From the NCBI GenBank assembly GCA_030141605.1, contig JAQGDQ010000882.1:20644-84643 (forward strand): a DNA stretch of 64,000 bases, given 5' to 3'. The DNA is from Tubiluchus corallicola. Taxonomy: Eukaryota > Animalia > Priapulida. Below, in pieces: positions 39,499-53,900 of this stretch. The position numbers were made by a program, and so were the translations under genes. Position 1 is the stretch's first letter. Each line of letters starts with the position of its first letter. The notes beneath the pieces were generated by a model, which did not search any database, had not been told where the DNA came from, and worked only from the letters and a program-made list of their open reading frames with translations.

Positions 39499-42400
39499 AT
39501 CATCCAGTATAGGAGAATTGTATAACAATGGCCCAAAGAGAGTAAAGCAAAGCAGTGCAGCCAAAAACTTTGCCAGCATTTCTAAAAATATTGCAACTCC
39601 TGGTGCTTCTACGCAAGTTATAAGGGTGAAAGAACGCAATTTAGAAGAGAGCAAGAAGCCAGGAAACAATGCCAAACAATGCTTGTTGTGTAACTCGGCT
39701 GAGCATGTATCATTACAAAAATGCAAAAAGATTTAGCACGATGAATGACATGGAGAAATTGGCATACACAAGGAAAGAACGTTTGTGCTACAATTGCCTG
39801 GCTAAAGGGAGACACAGAGCCTACCAGTGTACAAAACCCCCCTGCGATGTGGATGGATGCAACCGGAAACACTCTTCCTTACTTCACCATGCATTAGAAA
39901 GAAATGCACAAGCACAGCAGAACAATGCAGCTAGCCAAACGGATATGGATCGGCAAAGCACAACTCGAGCAGTTTCGTGTCTAAATAAAGCTTCCCGCAG
40001 AGTCACAAAGGCGGCGTTACCAGTAGTGCCAGTCTTAGTACATGTAGAAGTGAAAAGACCTGTAAAAACATTGGCATTATTAGATCCAGGTTCTACAAAC
40101 ACCTTTTGTTCGAAAGCACTGTTTAATCAACTTGGAGCCAAAGGAAAAGAAAATGTTCTGTTGTTAACTACTATAGAGAAGAAACATAGCAGGACAGACA
40201 CAATGGTAACTAGCATGACAGTCATGAGGATGGATAGAAACAACCATATAGAGCTCCCTTGTGTATTTGTTCGGCCTACTCTCATGTTAGATGTTCAATC
40301 TCTAGCAACGCATGAAGATGTGATAAAATGGCCGCATCTCCGAGACTTAGATGATGTTCTAATGAGCATAGAGGAGAAAGATCAAATGGAATTAGGTCTC
40401 TTGATTGGTCAAGATGTCGGTGAAGCATTAATTCCCCTTGAAGTAAGGACGGGGGAAAAGGACGCCCCATATGCCATTAGAACCAAACTAGGTTGGACGC
40501 TTAATGGCCCTATAGGGGGCGGTAGAGTCAATATGTCAGTAGCAAATAACATGATTTTAACAAACGGAATGCAGAACCAGGATGAAAAACTGCAAAACCT
40601 TGTTGAGAGATTTTGGAAATTGGACAGTGTAGATGACGATGGACGTCTGTCCAGAGAAGACATTAAAGTACTAGACATTTGGGAGAAATCAATCACAAAA
40701 CGAGGTGACCATTATGAACTGCAGATACCATTCAAAGAGGAAAAATGCAAATTACCAAATAGCCGGGAGATGGCAGAAAAGAGGCTGGCTAGTTTGGGCA
40801 CCAGACTAAACAAGAATCTAAAATTACATGAAAAATACACCGAGGAAATGAATGATTTACTTAGAAAGGGATATGCGGAGAAGGTTGAAGAAGCAGACGA
40901 CCAAGATGTCACAATGAAATGGTATCTCCCACATTTTCCTGTTTATAATGAAAATAAGCCTGACAAAACTCGGATAGTTTTCGATTGTGGAGCGAAATGT
41001 GATGGCATCTCGCTGAACATATTAGCATTACAGGGACCTGATCTGACCAACACACTTCTTGGAGTATTATTGCGATTCAGGGAGAAGCCCGTTGGAATGA
41101 TGGCAGACATAGTGGGCATGTTTCATCAAGTCTTCGTTGCTCCTCAGAACAGAGACATGCTACGCTTCCTGTGGTGGCCAGATGGACAATTGGATAAACC
41201 ACCACAAACTTATAGGATGACAGTGCATTTATTTGGAGGGGTTTGGTCCCCGAGTGCAGCATCCTTTGCAGTCAGGCGCACGGCAACAGATAATGTGGAA
41301 AACTTCGACTGTGGGGCAGTCAGTACTGTGCTGCGCAATTTCTATGTTGATGACTGCTTGAAATCCGTGGATACAGCAGAGCAAGCTATTAACCTGATTT
41401 CTTGCTTGTCTGCATTACTTGCCAAGGGAGGCTTTTGTTTAACCAAATGGACCAGCAATATCAAGCAGGTTTTGGCAGAAGTCCCAGAAGAGCACAGAGG
41501 CAAACTGGTTCAAAATTTAGACTTGGCTCATGATCCACTTCCCATTGAGCGTGCCCTTGGGGTCAAATGGGAGGTCGAAGGAGACACCTTTGGAATCCAG
41601 GTCAAAACTAGGGATAAACCTCACACCAGACGAGGACTTCTAAGCTCACTGGCTTCGGTATACGATCCCCTAGGAATGGTAAACCCATTTGTTTTGCAAG
41701 CAAAATTGCTTTTCCAAGATGAATGCCGCATCAAAACGAAGTCTTGGGATGATAAATTGGAGGATGCCACTGAGAAAAAATGGATTAAATGGAAGAGCGA
41801 ATGCCAACTTCTAGAGAGTTTCAAAATGAGCCGTTGTGTGAAGCCTTGTGATTTTGGCACGGTTTTGACAAGTGAACTGCACCACTTTTGTGATGCATCG
41901 CAATATGCATACGGAGCTGTTAGTTATATACGTTTAACGAATGACTGTGGTTCAGTTCATGTATCATTCCTAATGGCAAAGTCTCGACTAGCGCCAATTA
42001 AGGGTCTCACAATACCCAGACTGGAGCTGTGTTCAGCAGTACTAGCAGCAACAATGGACAAAATCCTAAGAGACAAGTTGTCTTTATACATAGATTCCTC
42101 AACTTTCTGGACTGATAGTGTCATAGTTCTGCAATATATAAGAAACACCACAAAACGGTTTCACACGTTTGTGCAGAACAGAGTGACTCAGATTCTTGAA
42201 GTTTCATCTCCCATGCAGTGGCGTCGTGTAAATTCACTGGAGAACCCTGCTGACGACGTCTCCCGTGGGATGGATGCGGCTTCCTTGATAGCCTTGGAAA
42301 GATGGAAGCATGGACCAAGCTTTCTGCTAGAAACTGAAGAACATTGGCCGCAACTGAACATAGATGCAGAGAAAGACTGGATAGAAAACGACAAGGAAGT

Positions 42401-43930
42401 CAAGAAAGTGGTTACAGTTAACAACATTGAAGCGAAAAGTGAAGCAGATGTAGATGTCATCAATCAGCTGATAACGCATTACTCATCGCTATATCGATTA
42501 AAGAGAGCGGTAGCATGGATACTGAGAGTCAAAAGAACACTTCTAGCTAAAATTAAAGGAAAAGATCTCACTGAACTGGCTCACCTGACAAAGCCTGAAC
42601 TGGATGAAGCCTTACACGACATGTACAACGAGAATGCTTTGGTGTTGAACGTAGAGCATTAAAGTCAAAGGATCAGCATGTCGCAAAGTCAAGCACCTTA
42701 TACAGACTAAATCCATTTATGGACGAAAAGTGTGTCCTGCGTATTGGAGGCCGCCTGAAGAGATTAACCATGAATAGAGAAGTAAAGCATCCAATTATTC
42801 TACCTAAAGGTCATAGACTTTCTCGGCTTATTGTAAAACAATTCCATGAAGAGAATGGTCATGTTGGAAGAGACCATGTAATGGCATTGGTAAGAGCAAA
42901 GTTCTGGATCGTAGGCATAAGAGTGATTGCTCGACAAGTTTGCCATGAATGTAGAGAATGCCGACTACGTCATTCGCAACCTATGAAGCAGAAGATGGCT
43001 GACTTGTCGAAAGAGAGGATTGAATGCACTGATGTGTTCTCTGTGGTTGGAGTGGACTGTTTTGGTCCTTTTCTTGTCAGACGTGGCAGAGTAGAAGTAT
43101 AACGCTATGGAGCACTATTTACGTGTCTCTCAACTAGAAGCATCCACTTAGAAGTGCTATACGCCATGACAACAGACTCTTTCATCAAAGCTTTACACAG
43201 ATTCTGCAGTAGGAAAGGAAATCCCACCAAGATTAAATCAGATTGCGGAACGAATTTTGTGGGTGCAGACAAAGAGCTGAAGAAGTCACTGTTGGAATGG
43301 AATCAGGACGTAATAAGCAATGAACTACTGCAGAAAGATATTGAGTGGGAGTTTAACCCTCCAAGTGCACCTCATATGGGAGGAATATGGGAAGCTATGA
43401 TAAAAAGAGTAAAGAAAGTGTTACAGTCAGTAATGATGGAGCAAATCACCGATGATGAAGGTCTACACACACTATTTTGCATAGTGGAAAACATTATCAA
43501 TAGCAGGCCTCTAACGACACTTTCTGATGATCCTGCAGACTTTAACCCTTTGACGCCAAATCACCTTTTGCAGATTCATTGTGAAACCAGCTTACCACCT
43601 GGCAAATTTGTTTCGGCAGACATCTACAGAAAGAAGTGGCGGCAGATTCAGCATTTAGCAAATGTCTTCTGGCATCGATGGCGAACTGAGTATTTGCCAA
43701 TGTTACAGTACCGCTCTAAATGGAACAAAGAGAGAACGAACATCCAAGATGGAGATGTCGTTCTCATCATGGACAATGCTCCCAGAAATTGCTGGCTGCT
43801 AGGGCGCGTGATTGAAAGACATTTTAGCAATGATGGATTAGTCAGAAGTGTCACCCTCAAGACCAAGGATGGATTTCTACGAAGACCCATCCACAAGCTC
43901 TGCCTGTTAGAAAGTGTATATGATAATTAG
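39499..43930 (+). pseudogene. Disrupted remainder of the BEL polyprotein: Zn knuckles, aspartic protease, RT, RNase H, integrase
   Basis: Three Cys/His knuckles (CLLCNSAEH, CYNCLAKGRH..QC, CDVDGCNRKHSSLLH); protease LLDPGS; RT WYLPHF, RIVFD, FYVDD (~41343); RNase H HHFCDASQYAYG, FWTDS; integrase HEENGH..C..C, VGVDCFG, SDCGTNF, GGIWE. Frameshifts near 39480, 39510, 39727 and 42614, plus an in-frame TAA at 43100-43102. Confidence 0.93.
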
Positions 43931-44013
43931 TTTTGTTAGTAATTGACACATTACTTAAAATGTTAATTAAAGGAGAAAATGTAAATGCTAAAAGGGAGCA
44001 TTTAAGGGGGCGG

Positions 44014-44453
44014 TGTGCTGATTTATTTAAACTTGTGTTGCCCCCTCTTTTCTGTTATAAACTGGTTTCTTTTTAAACAGGTCATGTGACCAGTCTTTTA
44101 CCTGTATACTTACCTGTAGATTGGAGTAACTCAGGCGTTCACACACTGCAGTTACAGATTGTTTAGCATCATTCATAGATTTGTTGTTATAATTTCACAA
44201 TTACACTTATAGAAGATCACCATGTAAGTTGATTTATTAATTTCTTAAATCTTGAACCTTTGTTTATTAAAAAGACTAAAGATTAGATTTTATAATTTGC
44301 GTAAAACTTTGTTAAAGTTAATTAGATAAATTTGGTTTAGATTTCGCAGTAAAATTGAGCAAAATTATATAAAATTATTTTATTTGTTTTCAGATTAAAC
44401 GATACAAGCTACACAATTATGTTGTTGGAGTTTTTTTATAAGAAGGTAGCACA
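44014..44453 (+). repeat. 3' LTR (440 bp)
   Basis: Preceded by purine-rich PPT AAAAGGGAGCATTTAAGGGGGCGG and followed by TSD TACTA. Confidence 0.96.
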
Positions 44454-44932
44454 TACTAATTGTGTTAAAATGTATACTTTTTATCGGACTTGAACATGGG
44501 TTAGTATATGAAAAATCATCCTGTCTTCCTATATATCATGATAGGACTGGATCAGATGGTTTCACAACATGATCAGCTATAGATCAGCTACAATTATACA
44601 CGTTTTCTTGTCAAATGATATTGTTAGGTCAGTAGCTCCTGGGGTTAAGACATAAATTATGTCAAGATATGTATACTATATGTAAATTATGTATACTTTT
44701 TATCGGACTTGAACATGGGGTAGGATATGAAAAATCGTTCTGTCTTTCTTTAAATCATCTAAACTACCAGAAATATAATTGACCATAAACAACTGCATAG
44801 ATCATACGGCAATGCAAGTGGCTATAATGCACAGAACGCACGTGATCACACAATAAGCATTGATAAAACACACATTAGCCGGAATCACAAAGGCATCGAT
44901 TTCGTCTTCGAAACCTGAACCTAGTAACGAGG

Positions 44933-47900
44933 TCACGTCGGTGGCGACCAGGCGCCGCCTTCGCCGCTCTTTTCCGCGTCCGGTTTGCCCCAGAACTCGT
45001 CTCGGTGCTTCCGAGCACGTTTTAGCACCTCCGAAGCCAGACTGCTGCTGGAGGCGAGAGACATCGTGGAGACCGACATGACGTCTTCTCTGTTATCTGA
45101 AAGAGCAAAAACAATCACATCATGCAACTTGATATAAATAAAGTAAAGCAGTACTATTACTAGGTAGACTTCATTGGTTTCAACATTTAGGTCAATCAGG
45201 CTAATAGAATTAGTCTGGGGCGTATCAAGACTTTACGACGCCCTAGGCTAATAGTTCTGTCCCGCCCATTACAATTAAAGCAGTACTATTACTAGGTAGA
45301 CTTCATTGGTTTCAACATTTAGGTCAATCGGGCTAATAGAGTTACTCTGGGGCGTATCAAGACTTTACGACGCCCTAGGCTAATAGTTCTGTCCCGCCCA
45401 TGTCTATTGCGAATTTATTATCGTTTATGTAACAAGCAGATCAAACAATTACTTGTGGTGTATTAGAAACACTACAAACCTAGTTTCTAAGCGGTCATCA
45501 TTAATTACATGTATTTGCATAGCGCTTGCATTCAAGCAGGATGCGCAACTGCTTTGTTGCGTAATACCTTGCATCTGTTACCTTGCACCTGTTCATTATG
45601 TGGCACGGATATAGCAGCTGAGCTCACTAACTGCCTGATAAAAACTTTACATGAATATAGAGGGATACAAATTTTCCAAAAATAGGAGTTTTTTCTAAAA
45701 CGTGACACCACTGAAACTAAGGCGCCCTATGCTATAGCCTAGGTAGCCTATTGGTTAATACGCCACTGGAGTTACTTGCAACGGCCTGCTGATACTATAT
45801 TTCAATAGTTCAGAGGTGTTCAGTTGTGATGTAGTGCACACGTTTGAGAGCTCATGTGTGAGCACTGCGGTAAACTTAAAATTTCAAGCACAAACTTAAT
45901 ATTTGCTGAGCTTTTATACGGTAGTACTATATTTCAATAGTTCAGAGATGTTCAGTTGTGATGTAGTGCACACGTTTGAGAGATCATGTGTGAGCACTCT
46001 GGTAAACTTAAAATTTCAGGATTAAACTTAATATTTGCTGAGCTTTTATACGGCAGTAGTATATTTCAATAGTTCAGAGGTGTTCAGTTGTGATGTAGTG
46101 CACACGTTTGAGAGCTCATGTGTGAGCACTCCGGTAAACTTAAAATTTCAGGATTAAACTTAATATTTGCTGAGCTATTATACGGCAGTAGTATATTTGA
46201 ATAGTTCAGAGGTGTTCAGTTGTGATGTAGTGCACACGTTTGAGAGCTCAAGTGTGAGCTCTGCGGTAAACTTAAAATTTCAGGATTAAACTTAATATTT
46301 GCTGAACTTTTATATGCCAGTATCATATTTCAATTTTTGCTTTCGCAAACGCGTTCAACATGCTCTATGAACGTTTGTGCTGTTTAAAATCATGTTCAGT
46401 TGTGACGTCATCACTAACTGGTGTCAACCGCCATTAATTAAGTTTTTAACCTACTACTTAATTATCAGAAGCACTTTGGCATTATCATAGGCATTAAAAT
46501 ACGCAATATAAAAAGCGCACACAGTTTGCAGTGGCTGACCGCCACACGGGTCCGATCAATTTGCACACTCGTCTGTGATTGGTTGATTCGATCGCAGCCT
46601 ACCTACCCGTATCTAGCGGCTCGTGGAGTTCGGATAGATTTAAGTATTTATGTTCCTCAACCCTTTGCTTCTGAGGCTGCTGGGCTTTTCCAAGTGGCCG
46701 CGTGGCCGCATACAAAGGCGGTCGATGAACCTTCCTCTTCATTGGCGACCGTTTCGGACTGGCGGGCGTGGGCGCACTCGAGGCTTCCGAAAATGCATCT
46801 GTAGATCAATTATCAATCAATTGTGATTGTAAATCAATCAATCAATGATTTGGCTTGCAAACCAAAATCGTTCATAAGTCAACACAGCTAAAAGTACGTT
46901 ATGATGCTTCAAAGTAGAATGTAACAAAAACTTGGTTTAATATTAATTTCTTGTTTTTTTATATAAGCAAACTTTAAATATATTGAACATCAATATTGTA
47001 GTATCAAAATTATCAAGAACATGATAAAAAATACTAAAAATTAAATTTAATAACCGCTGCCTACTTTAACTAGTACTTTAACTCTGCCCTCTAACTAGTA
47101 CTGCAATTGTAAAAAAAACTTGTATTTTCAAACTCCGATTGTAGCTCGTGGAAGCAGTCATTTTGCTTCAGGTTTTTCCTGTTCACAAACCTAGATCCAT
47201 CAGGAAGAGCCATCTACTGGATTGATACATAAGTTCAATGTGTTCTTGTAAAGTCCCTAGCAACCAACATTTGTACGGTTGCTAAGTGTTTTGTAGAAAT
47301 GTGACAAAAACAATGGCTGACTTTAACAGTGATTTTCTCAAGATTATGTTTTTCATTGTGCAGCCTGCACCTCAACTTCAACGTGGATTATCTCAGCTTA
47401 GAAATAACACAGAGCGATGAACTTGGTATCAAAATGATCCTCATGAAATGGAGATTCAGGATATGTGAATAACTACAACAAGTTTCATTGCAGAGTTGTA
47501 GACAATTTTGCTATGCAAGAACACGCATAACCTGAAAGTCCTGATAGTTTATTCAACAGACAGTAGATGACAGCACCAACCTTACAAATCATAATAACAC
47601 AGAAATTTTATTTTCACAGGACGTTACTGTCGCCAGCTATGTAAATAAAAAACAACGAAAATTGCTAAGAACAAAACAAATACATCTAAACAAGAAAACA
47701 ACCAAACAAGTGAAGAAATGATCAGCAGGCAAACAGCTAGACAGACAGGCTAAAAAACGGAAAAATAATCACAAACCAAAAAGTGAAAAAAACAACAATC
47801 TTTAGATTTTAAAATTTGCTAAGAAATTCAAACAGCAAATCAATTTTATGGATATAATTAGTCCTATCTAAAATTATAATTTATTTTCCTATTTGTTTAT

Positions 47901-50900
47901 TTAGGTAATCAACAACACAAACAAAAATATAAACAAACACTACGCACCTTCGACGCCACAGTCACACGGTACATGAACCTCCGTAGAACTACTCGGCTTG
48001 TTTACAGAATGGTGTCGACTAGAGGGCGCTATTGCTCGCGTCGTGTCATCCGTACTGTCACTACTAACATTGGGCGTAGGCGCTGTACCGCTTGAACCGC
48101 TAGCTTCTTTCAATAATGGCGGTTTTTTATCTGAGGGAAAATGAAGATGATGAAAATGACGATGTTTAATGTTCAAACAAAGCAAATGCTTCAGAGCTGA
48201 ATTAAATACTAACTAGGGCTGTAAAGATACACCTAGGTCACGATACGATACGTATCACGATGCTAACCAAACGATACGATACGTATCTTAGCGGCAACGG
48301 CAGTTTATTAAACTTTTAAAATCTGCATCATCACAAAGTCAGATATTCTATCTGACAACGGCAATGGCAAGCTTAGAAACTTAGATTCATTGTAAAAAAG
48401 ATGAGGATGCCTTGGAAACTTAGCTTCAAGCACTAACGTTGAGAGATGTGTTGTAAAAATGTTGAGAATGCCTTAGAAACTTAGCTTCAAGCACCAATAT
48501 TGAGAATGTGTGGTAAAAATGATGAGGACGCCTTAGAAACTTAGATTCAAGCACCAACGTTGAGAGATGTGTTGTAAAAATGATGAGGATGCCTTAGAAA
48601 CTTAGATTCAAGCACCAACGTTGAGAGATGTGTTGTAAAAATGATGAGGATGCCTTAGAAACTTAGCTTCAAGCACCAACGTTGAGAGATGTGTTGTAAA
48701 AATGATGAGGATGCCTTAGAAACTTAGATTCAAGCACTAACGTTGAGAGATGCGTTGTAAAAATGATGAGGATGCCTTAGAAACTTAGCTTCAAGCACTA
48801 ACGTTGAGAGATGTGTTGTAANNNNNNNNNNNNNNNNNNNNNNNNNNNNNNNNNNNNNNNNNNNNNNNNNNNNNNNNNNNNNNNNNNNNNNNNNNNNNNN
48901 NNNNNNNNNNNNNNNNNNNNNNNNNNNNNNNNNNNNNNNNNNNNNNNNNNNNNNNNNNNNNNNNNNNNNNNNNNNNNNNNNNNNNNNNNNNNNNNNNNNN
49001 NNNNNNNNNNNNNNNNNNNNNNNNNNNNNNNNNNNNNNNNNNNNNNNNNNNNNNNNNNNNNNNNNNNNNNNNNNNNNNNNNNNNNNNNNNNNNNNNNNNN
49101 NNNNNNNNNNNNNNNNNNNNNNNNNNNGATGAGGATGCCTTAGAAACCTAGCTTCAAGCACCAACATTGAGAAATGTGTTGTAAAAATGATGAGGATGCC
49201 TTGGAAACTTAGCTTCAAGCACTAACGTTGAGAGACGTGTTGTAAAAATGATGAGGATGCCTTAGAAACTTAGCTTCAAGCACCAACGTTGAGAGATGCG
49301 TTGTAAAATGATGAGGATGCCTTAGAAACTTAGCTTCAAGCACTAACGTTGAGAGATGTGTTGTAAAAATGATGAGGATGCCTTGGAAATTTAGATTCAA
49401 GCACCAACGTTGAGAGATGTGTTGTAAAAATGATGAGGATGCCTTAGAAACTTAGATTCAAGCACCAACGTTGAGAAATGTGTTGTAAAAATGATGAGGA
49501 TGCCTTGGAAACTTAGCTTCAAGCACCAACGTTGAGAGATGTGTTGTAAAATGATGAGGATGCCTTAGAAACTTAGCTTCAAGCACTAACGTTTCACAAA
49601 GAATTGCGACAGTAATAGTAAAAAACTTACAGATAGGTCGAGGTATGGAATGTCTAGCAGCATTATCCAACTTAGACTTCTTTGGTGACATTTTCTTTGG
49701 TGAGCCTGAAAAAGCATTAAGAATTTTATAATTGCTACAAGATTATATGTCTTATGCACCGTTTAAGATGTATGCACTGTGTAAGATGTACACACTGTGT
49801 ATGTACACATTGTTTAAGATGTACACACATACTGTGTATGTACGCACTGTTTAAGATGTACACACTGTTTAACATGTAGGCGCTATTTAAGATCTACGCA
49901 CTGCTTAAGATGTATGCAATGTTTAAAATGTATGCACTGCTTAAGATGTATGAACTGTTTAAGATGTATGCACTGTTTAAAATGTATGCACTGCTCAAGA
50001 TGTATGCACTGTTTAAGATGTACACACTGTTTAAGATGTACGCACTTTTTAAGATGTATGCACTACTTAAGATGTATGCACTACTTAAGATGTATGCACT
50101 GTTTAAGGTGTATGCACTGTTTAAGATGTACACACTGCTTAAGATGTACGCACTGTTTAAGATGTATGCACTGCTTAAGATGTATGCACTGTTTAAGATG
50201 TATGCACTGTTTAAGATATACATGATGTTTAAGATATACGCACTGTTTAAGATATATGCACTGCTTAAGATGTACGCACTGTTTAAGATACATACGATGT
50301 TTAAGATATATGCATTGCTTAAGATGTACGCACTGTTTAAGATGTATTTGTAAGTACAGTAAACAAACAGCCTGATTTCTAAACAGAGCTGAAAGTGATT
50401 GATAAAAAAAGAAACCTACTTTTAGATGGCAATAACTGAGTTGGCTTCTTCAAGCGTGGATGAGTCGGCAATGCGTCTAATGAATCTATGGACATGGCTG
50501 AGAGAGTACTCACACTGAAACCACAGATAAAAAATATACGAAAGTGAAAACCACAAGAACTGGCATGAATCAGATGCCACGCTTAGCCAAATTTGAAAAC
50601 GTCACGAGGAAACCTGGTATCAAAAAAAGCACTATTACAACTTGCTAACCTCACATAATTATCGCAATATACTCATCGGTAAATTCTATAGATGGCGATG
50701 TCATCTTGGTATGCAGTTTAGGGTTTAGTCGTGCCCCAGAAAACACAGAGAGTCAAGCAAACTGAACTTAGTGAACAAATGCAAAAATAAGTGTGGGAAA
50801 TAATACATTGAAATCTACCTGGAGTGAATACTATCTCCACCGTGTAACTGGAATGGTGGCTTGACACCGTGACGCCGAACTCCACCAGATGGCATCGTTT

Positions 50901-53900
50901 GCACGCCTATATCAACGCTGCAAAATAAAGAAAATCTCAGAAAATTGTTCTTCGTACAAAAAACTTAAGCAACAATAACTCCGATGCAACACGGTTGTCG
51001 CGAAGCTTGATTCTTTTCACAACAGCCAAAATTTGCTACCAATTTCATTTCCCTGACATGTAATAAAAAGTTTTTTTTGTAATTAACCCTTTCATACCCG
51101 TTGTATCCCGTGGGATACCAGAATATTTTCTGCCTTTAAAATTAATAAAATTTTAAAACTGACAATTATTTGATCTGTTAATAGTTATTTTGATTTAAGC
51201 CAATAACAATAGACTAAAAATGGTGATAAAATGGCAAACTAGAAAATCTACATAGCATAAAAAACTGTGCAAGGTACAGTACTTTAGAGACGACTTTGTA
51301 CAGATCAGCATAGCATGCATGCTAAATGTCTTAAATACTTATTTTATTTTATTTTATACCTATAAAAAATTATCAGCAGTTGCAAAATGAAGCGCATTTT
51401 ATGCTTCCATTGAATCCCAATGTATCCTGTGGGATACAGGCTATATTTAGCACGCGGGCACAGGTAGAAAAAAATAATTATTATGTGTAAACAAGATGGA
51501 CATACTGAACAAAAGTACTAAATAAAAAAAATTCTTATTAAAAAACAATTTGGGACTGAAAGGGTTAAGAAAGATTTCTGCGGAAAAGCATGCAATTCTG
51601 AGTGGATGTTTTCCCATAATTTACGATAGATGGGTTTGTTGAAATATGCAATACGTAGTAATACGCAATCATAACATTAATATAGTGTCCTAAAAACGAA
51701 ATGTTTGATCTTCACAAAGAAAAAATTCACACAATTAATAGTCTTCTCTTAATCTTAATCTTTTCTTAATCTTCTCCGAAAGAAAAAATATGAAAAGTTA
51801 GCACGAGGCCTGGGTTTGAACCAAGGACTTTCGATTGTACAAGTCCAATGCCATGACCAATAAACCATTCAGAAATGGCAATAGTAGGAGAACTATAGAG
51901 ATTGAAATAACACCTGTGATAATTTGGAACCGAGTAGTCTGGTGGTCACAGCATTGGATTTGTAATCCAACAGTCCCTGGTTCAAAGCTCAGCATGATTT
52001 TTTCGCATTTCCTTTTTTCATTTTTTAGTCTTAAAATTCAGTAGCCGTGAGTTTATTGCAGCATTAATAAATCAAGATTGTGAACAATTAAGAAATGAAT
52101 ATTTTACCACTCTGTGGAGCCCGTTGCCAGGGACAACGCTGACATCCCGCGGGAGGAAGTTGCACGCTCCCACAGCTCCGCCTGCTGGGCCTCTAACTGC
52201 GCTAAACGTTCGCGGGAGAACTCCGTACCCCGAGCACGCTTGCGGTAGGCGTCGGCTTTGCCCCGCAGTTCCTGCACTATGCTGTACCAGGACGATTCCT
52301 CGGGAGTAGCGGGACGAACATCCTGGAAATATAACAACATTTGTCAACAGACACAGTTATTTCAGGAAAAAACTCTAGTTTGGCTTTTCATGTAACATGA
52401 TTGCTCCAGGGTAATTAAAAACTTTGGTACAAATTATTAATTACTTTATTAAAGCAAAACTGGACCCAAAATCTTAAACTGCAGGTCAGAACAATCTATT
52501 CTTTAAAATACTGAAAGGAAACGTACTATTTTTCCAAAAATGACTTACGTGAAACAATTATTACCACGCAAACACTATTTCACATTTGTGCCAATAGTTC
52601 TTTGCTATTACGTGCATTTTATCATTCACTAGTTAGACGGGCACTAGTGCCTGCATTTCGGAAATGTATTGCACAAAAACAGGTACTGTACCTCTCAGCT
52701 CTGGAGTGCTAGTTTGTGAACTACACACGTTCGACAACTCGTGCGTGAGCACAGCGGTAAATTTGAAATTTGAATTTTTATCTTGAAACCTGCCTAGTTT
52801 TAGTACAACACACTGAACAGTACTAACACTGTACTTTCGCAAATACGTGCAACACGCTCGTGGCTATTTCTGCTGTTGAAAATTATGTTAGTTTGTGATG
52901 TCAATGATAGTTGGGTTCGTCTGTCGTTAATTAATTTTAAGTTTCATATCTATTATTTAATCATCAGAAATCCTTTTGCAGTATTAATTGTGTTGGAATG
53001 TATACTTTTTTCTTGGACTTGAAAATGGGTTAGTACATGAAAATTCTTCCTGTCTTCCTTCAAGCAAGCACACATCCTTCTTTGTCCTTTGTTTTGTTTT
53101 GCTTAACACGTGTGCTCGTATGTTTATCGGTATCGTTGTATCATTTTGGATTTCTCAGACTCATTCTTTGGGTTTGCTCGCAAATAACTCTATAAAGCGA
53201 TTCATTTTGCTGTGCAGCTGTTCCCGTTGTTCATGTAATACAAAAGTTTGTCATTACTCGTTGACAACTAAACAATGTGTACAAAATTTTTCACGTGTAC
53301 AATGGATTCCAAGGCAACTGTTAACGAGTATCTAAAATCTGTCGACGGCTAGCTTATCACCATCATTTCAACCGAGTCCTTCTACACTGTCTTGATCATC
53401 ATGTCCAAACTGTGGCCTCTAGGCATCCATTTTTCAAAAAACTTATTTCCGTCTGAGAACTGAGCAACTTTTAGACGGTTACGTTTTGTTCGAGACGAAA
53501 AATTCTTCGAGTTGCTGACATCGACAATGGCACAATATTGCATTCATAATACACGCACACGTGCATCTCTTGCAAAGAAACGACAAAGATACTGCATCTC
53601 TTGCAAAGAAATGGCAAAGATATTGCATCTCTTGCAGAGAAACGGCAAAGATATTGGAAATCACAGCTAAATTGTGCAGTGAAATCACAGCTAAATTGTG
53701 CACAGAAATCATAGCTAAATTGTGCACAGAAATCACAGCTAAATTGTGCAGTGAAATTACAGCTAAATTGTGCAGTGAAATTACAGCTAAATTGTGCAGT
53801 GAAATTACAGCTAAATTGTGCAGTGAAATCACAGCTAAATTGTGCAGTGAAATCACAGCTAAATTGTGCAGTGAAATCACAGCTAAACTGTGCAGTGAAA

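Larger units (their letters stand above)
36770..44453 (+). mobile_element. Full-length BEL/Pao LTR retrotransposon carrying a glycogenin-derived domain in gag
   Basis: LTRs at 36770-37210 and 44014-44453 (TGTGCT...AGCACA). Perfect 5-bp TSD TACTA (36765-36769, 44454-44458). Polypurine tract before the 3' LTR. Domain order Gag-PR-RT-RH-IN with BEL-type motifs. Confidence 0.97.

Noticed and set aside
48730-49218. ORFs spanning the N run
   Set aside because: Artefacts of the assembly gap within a minisatellite.
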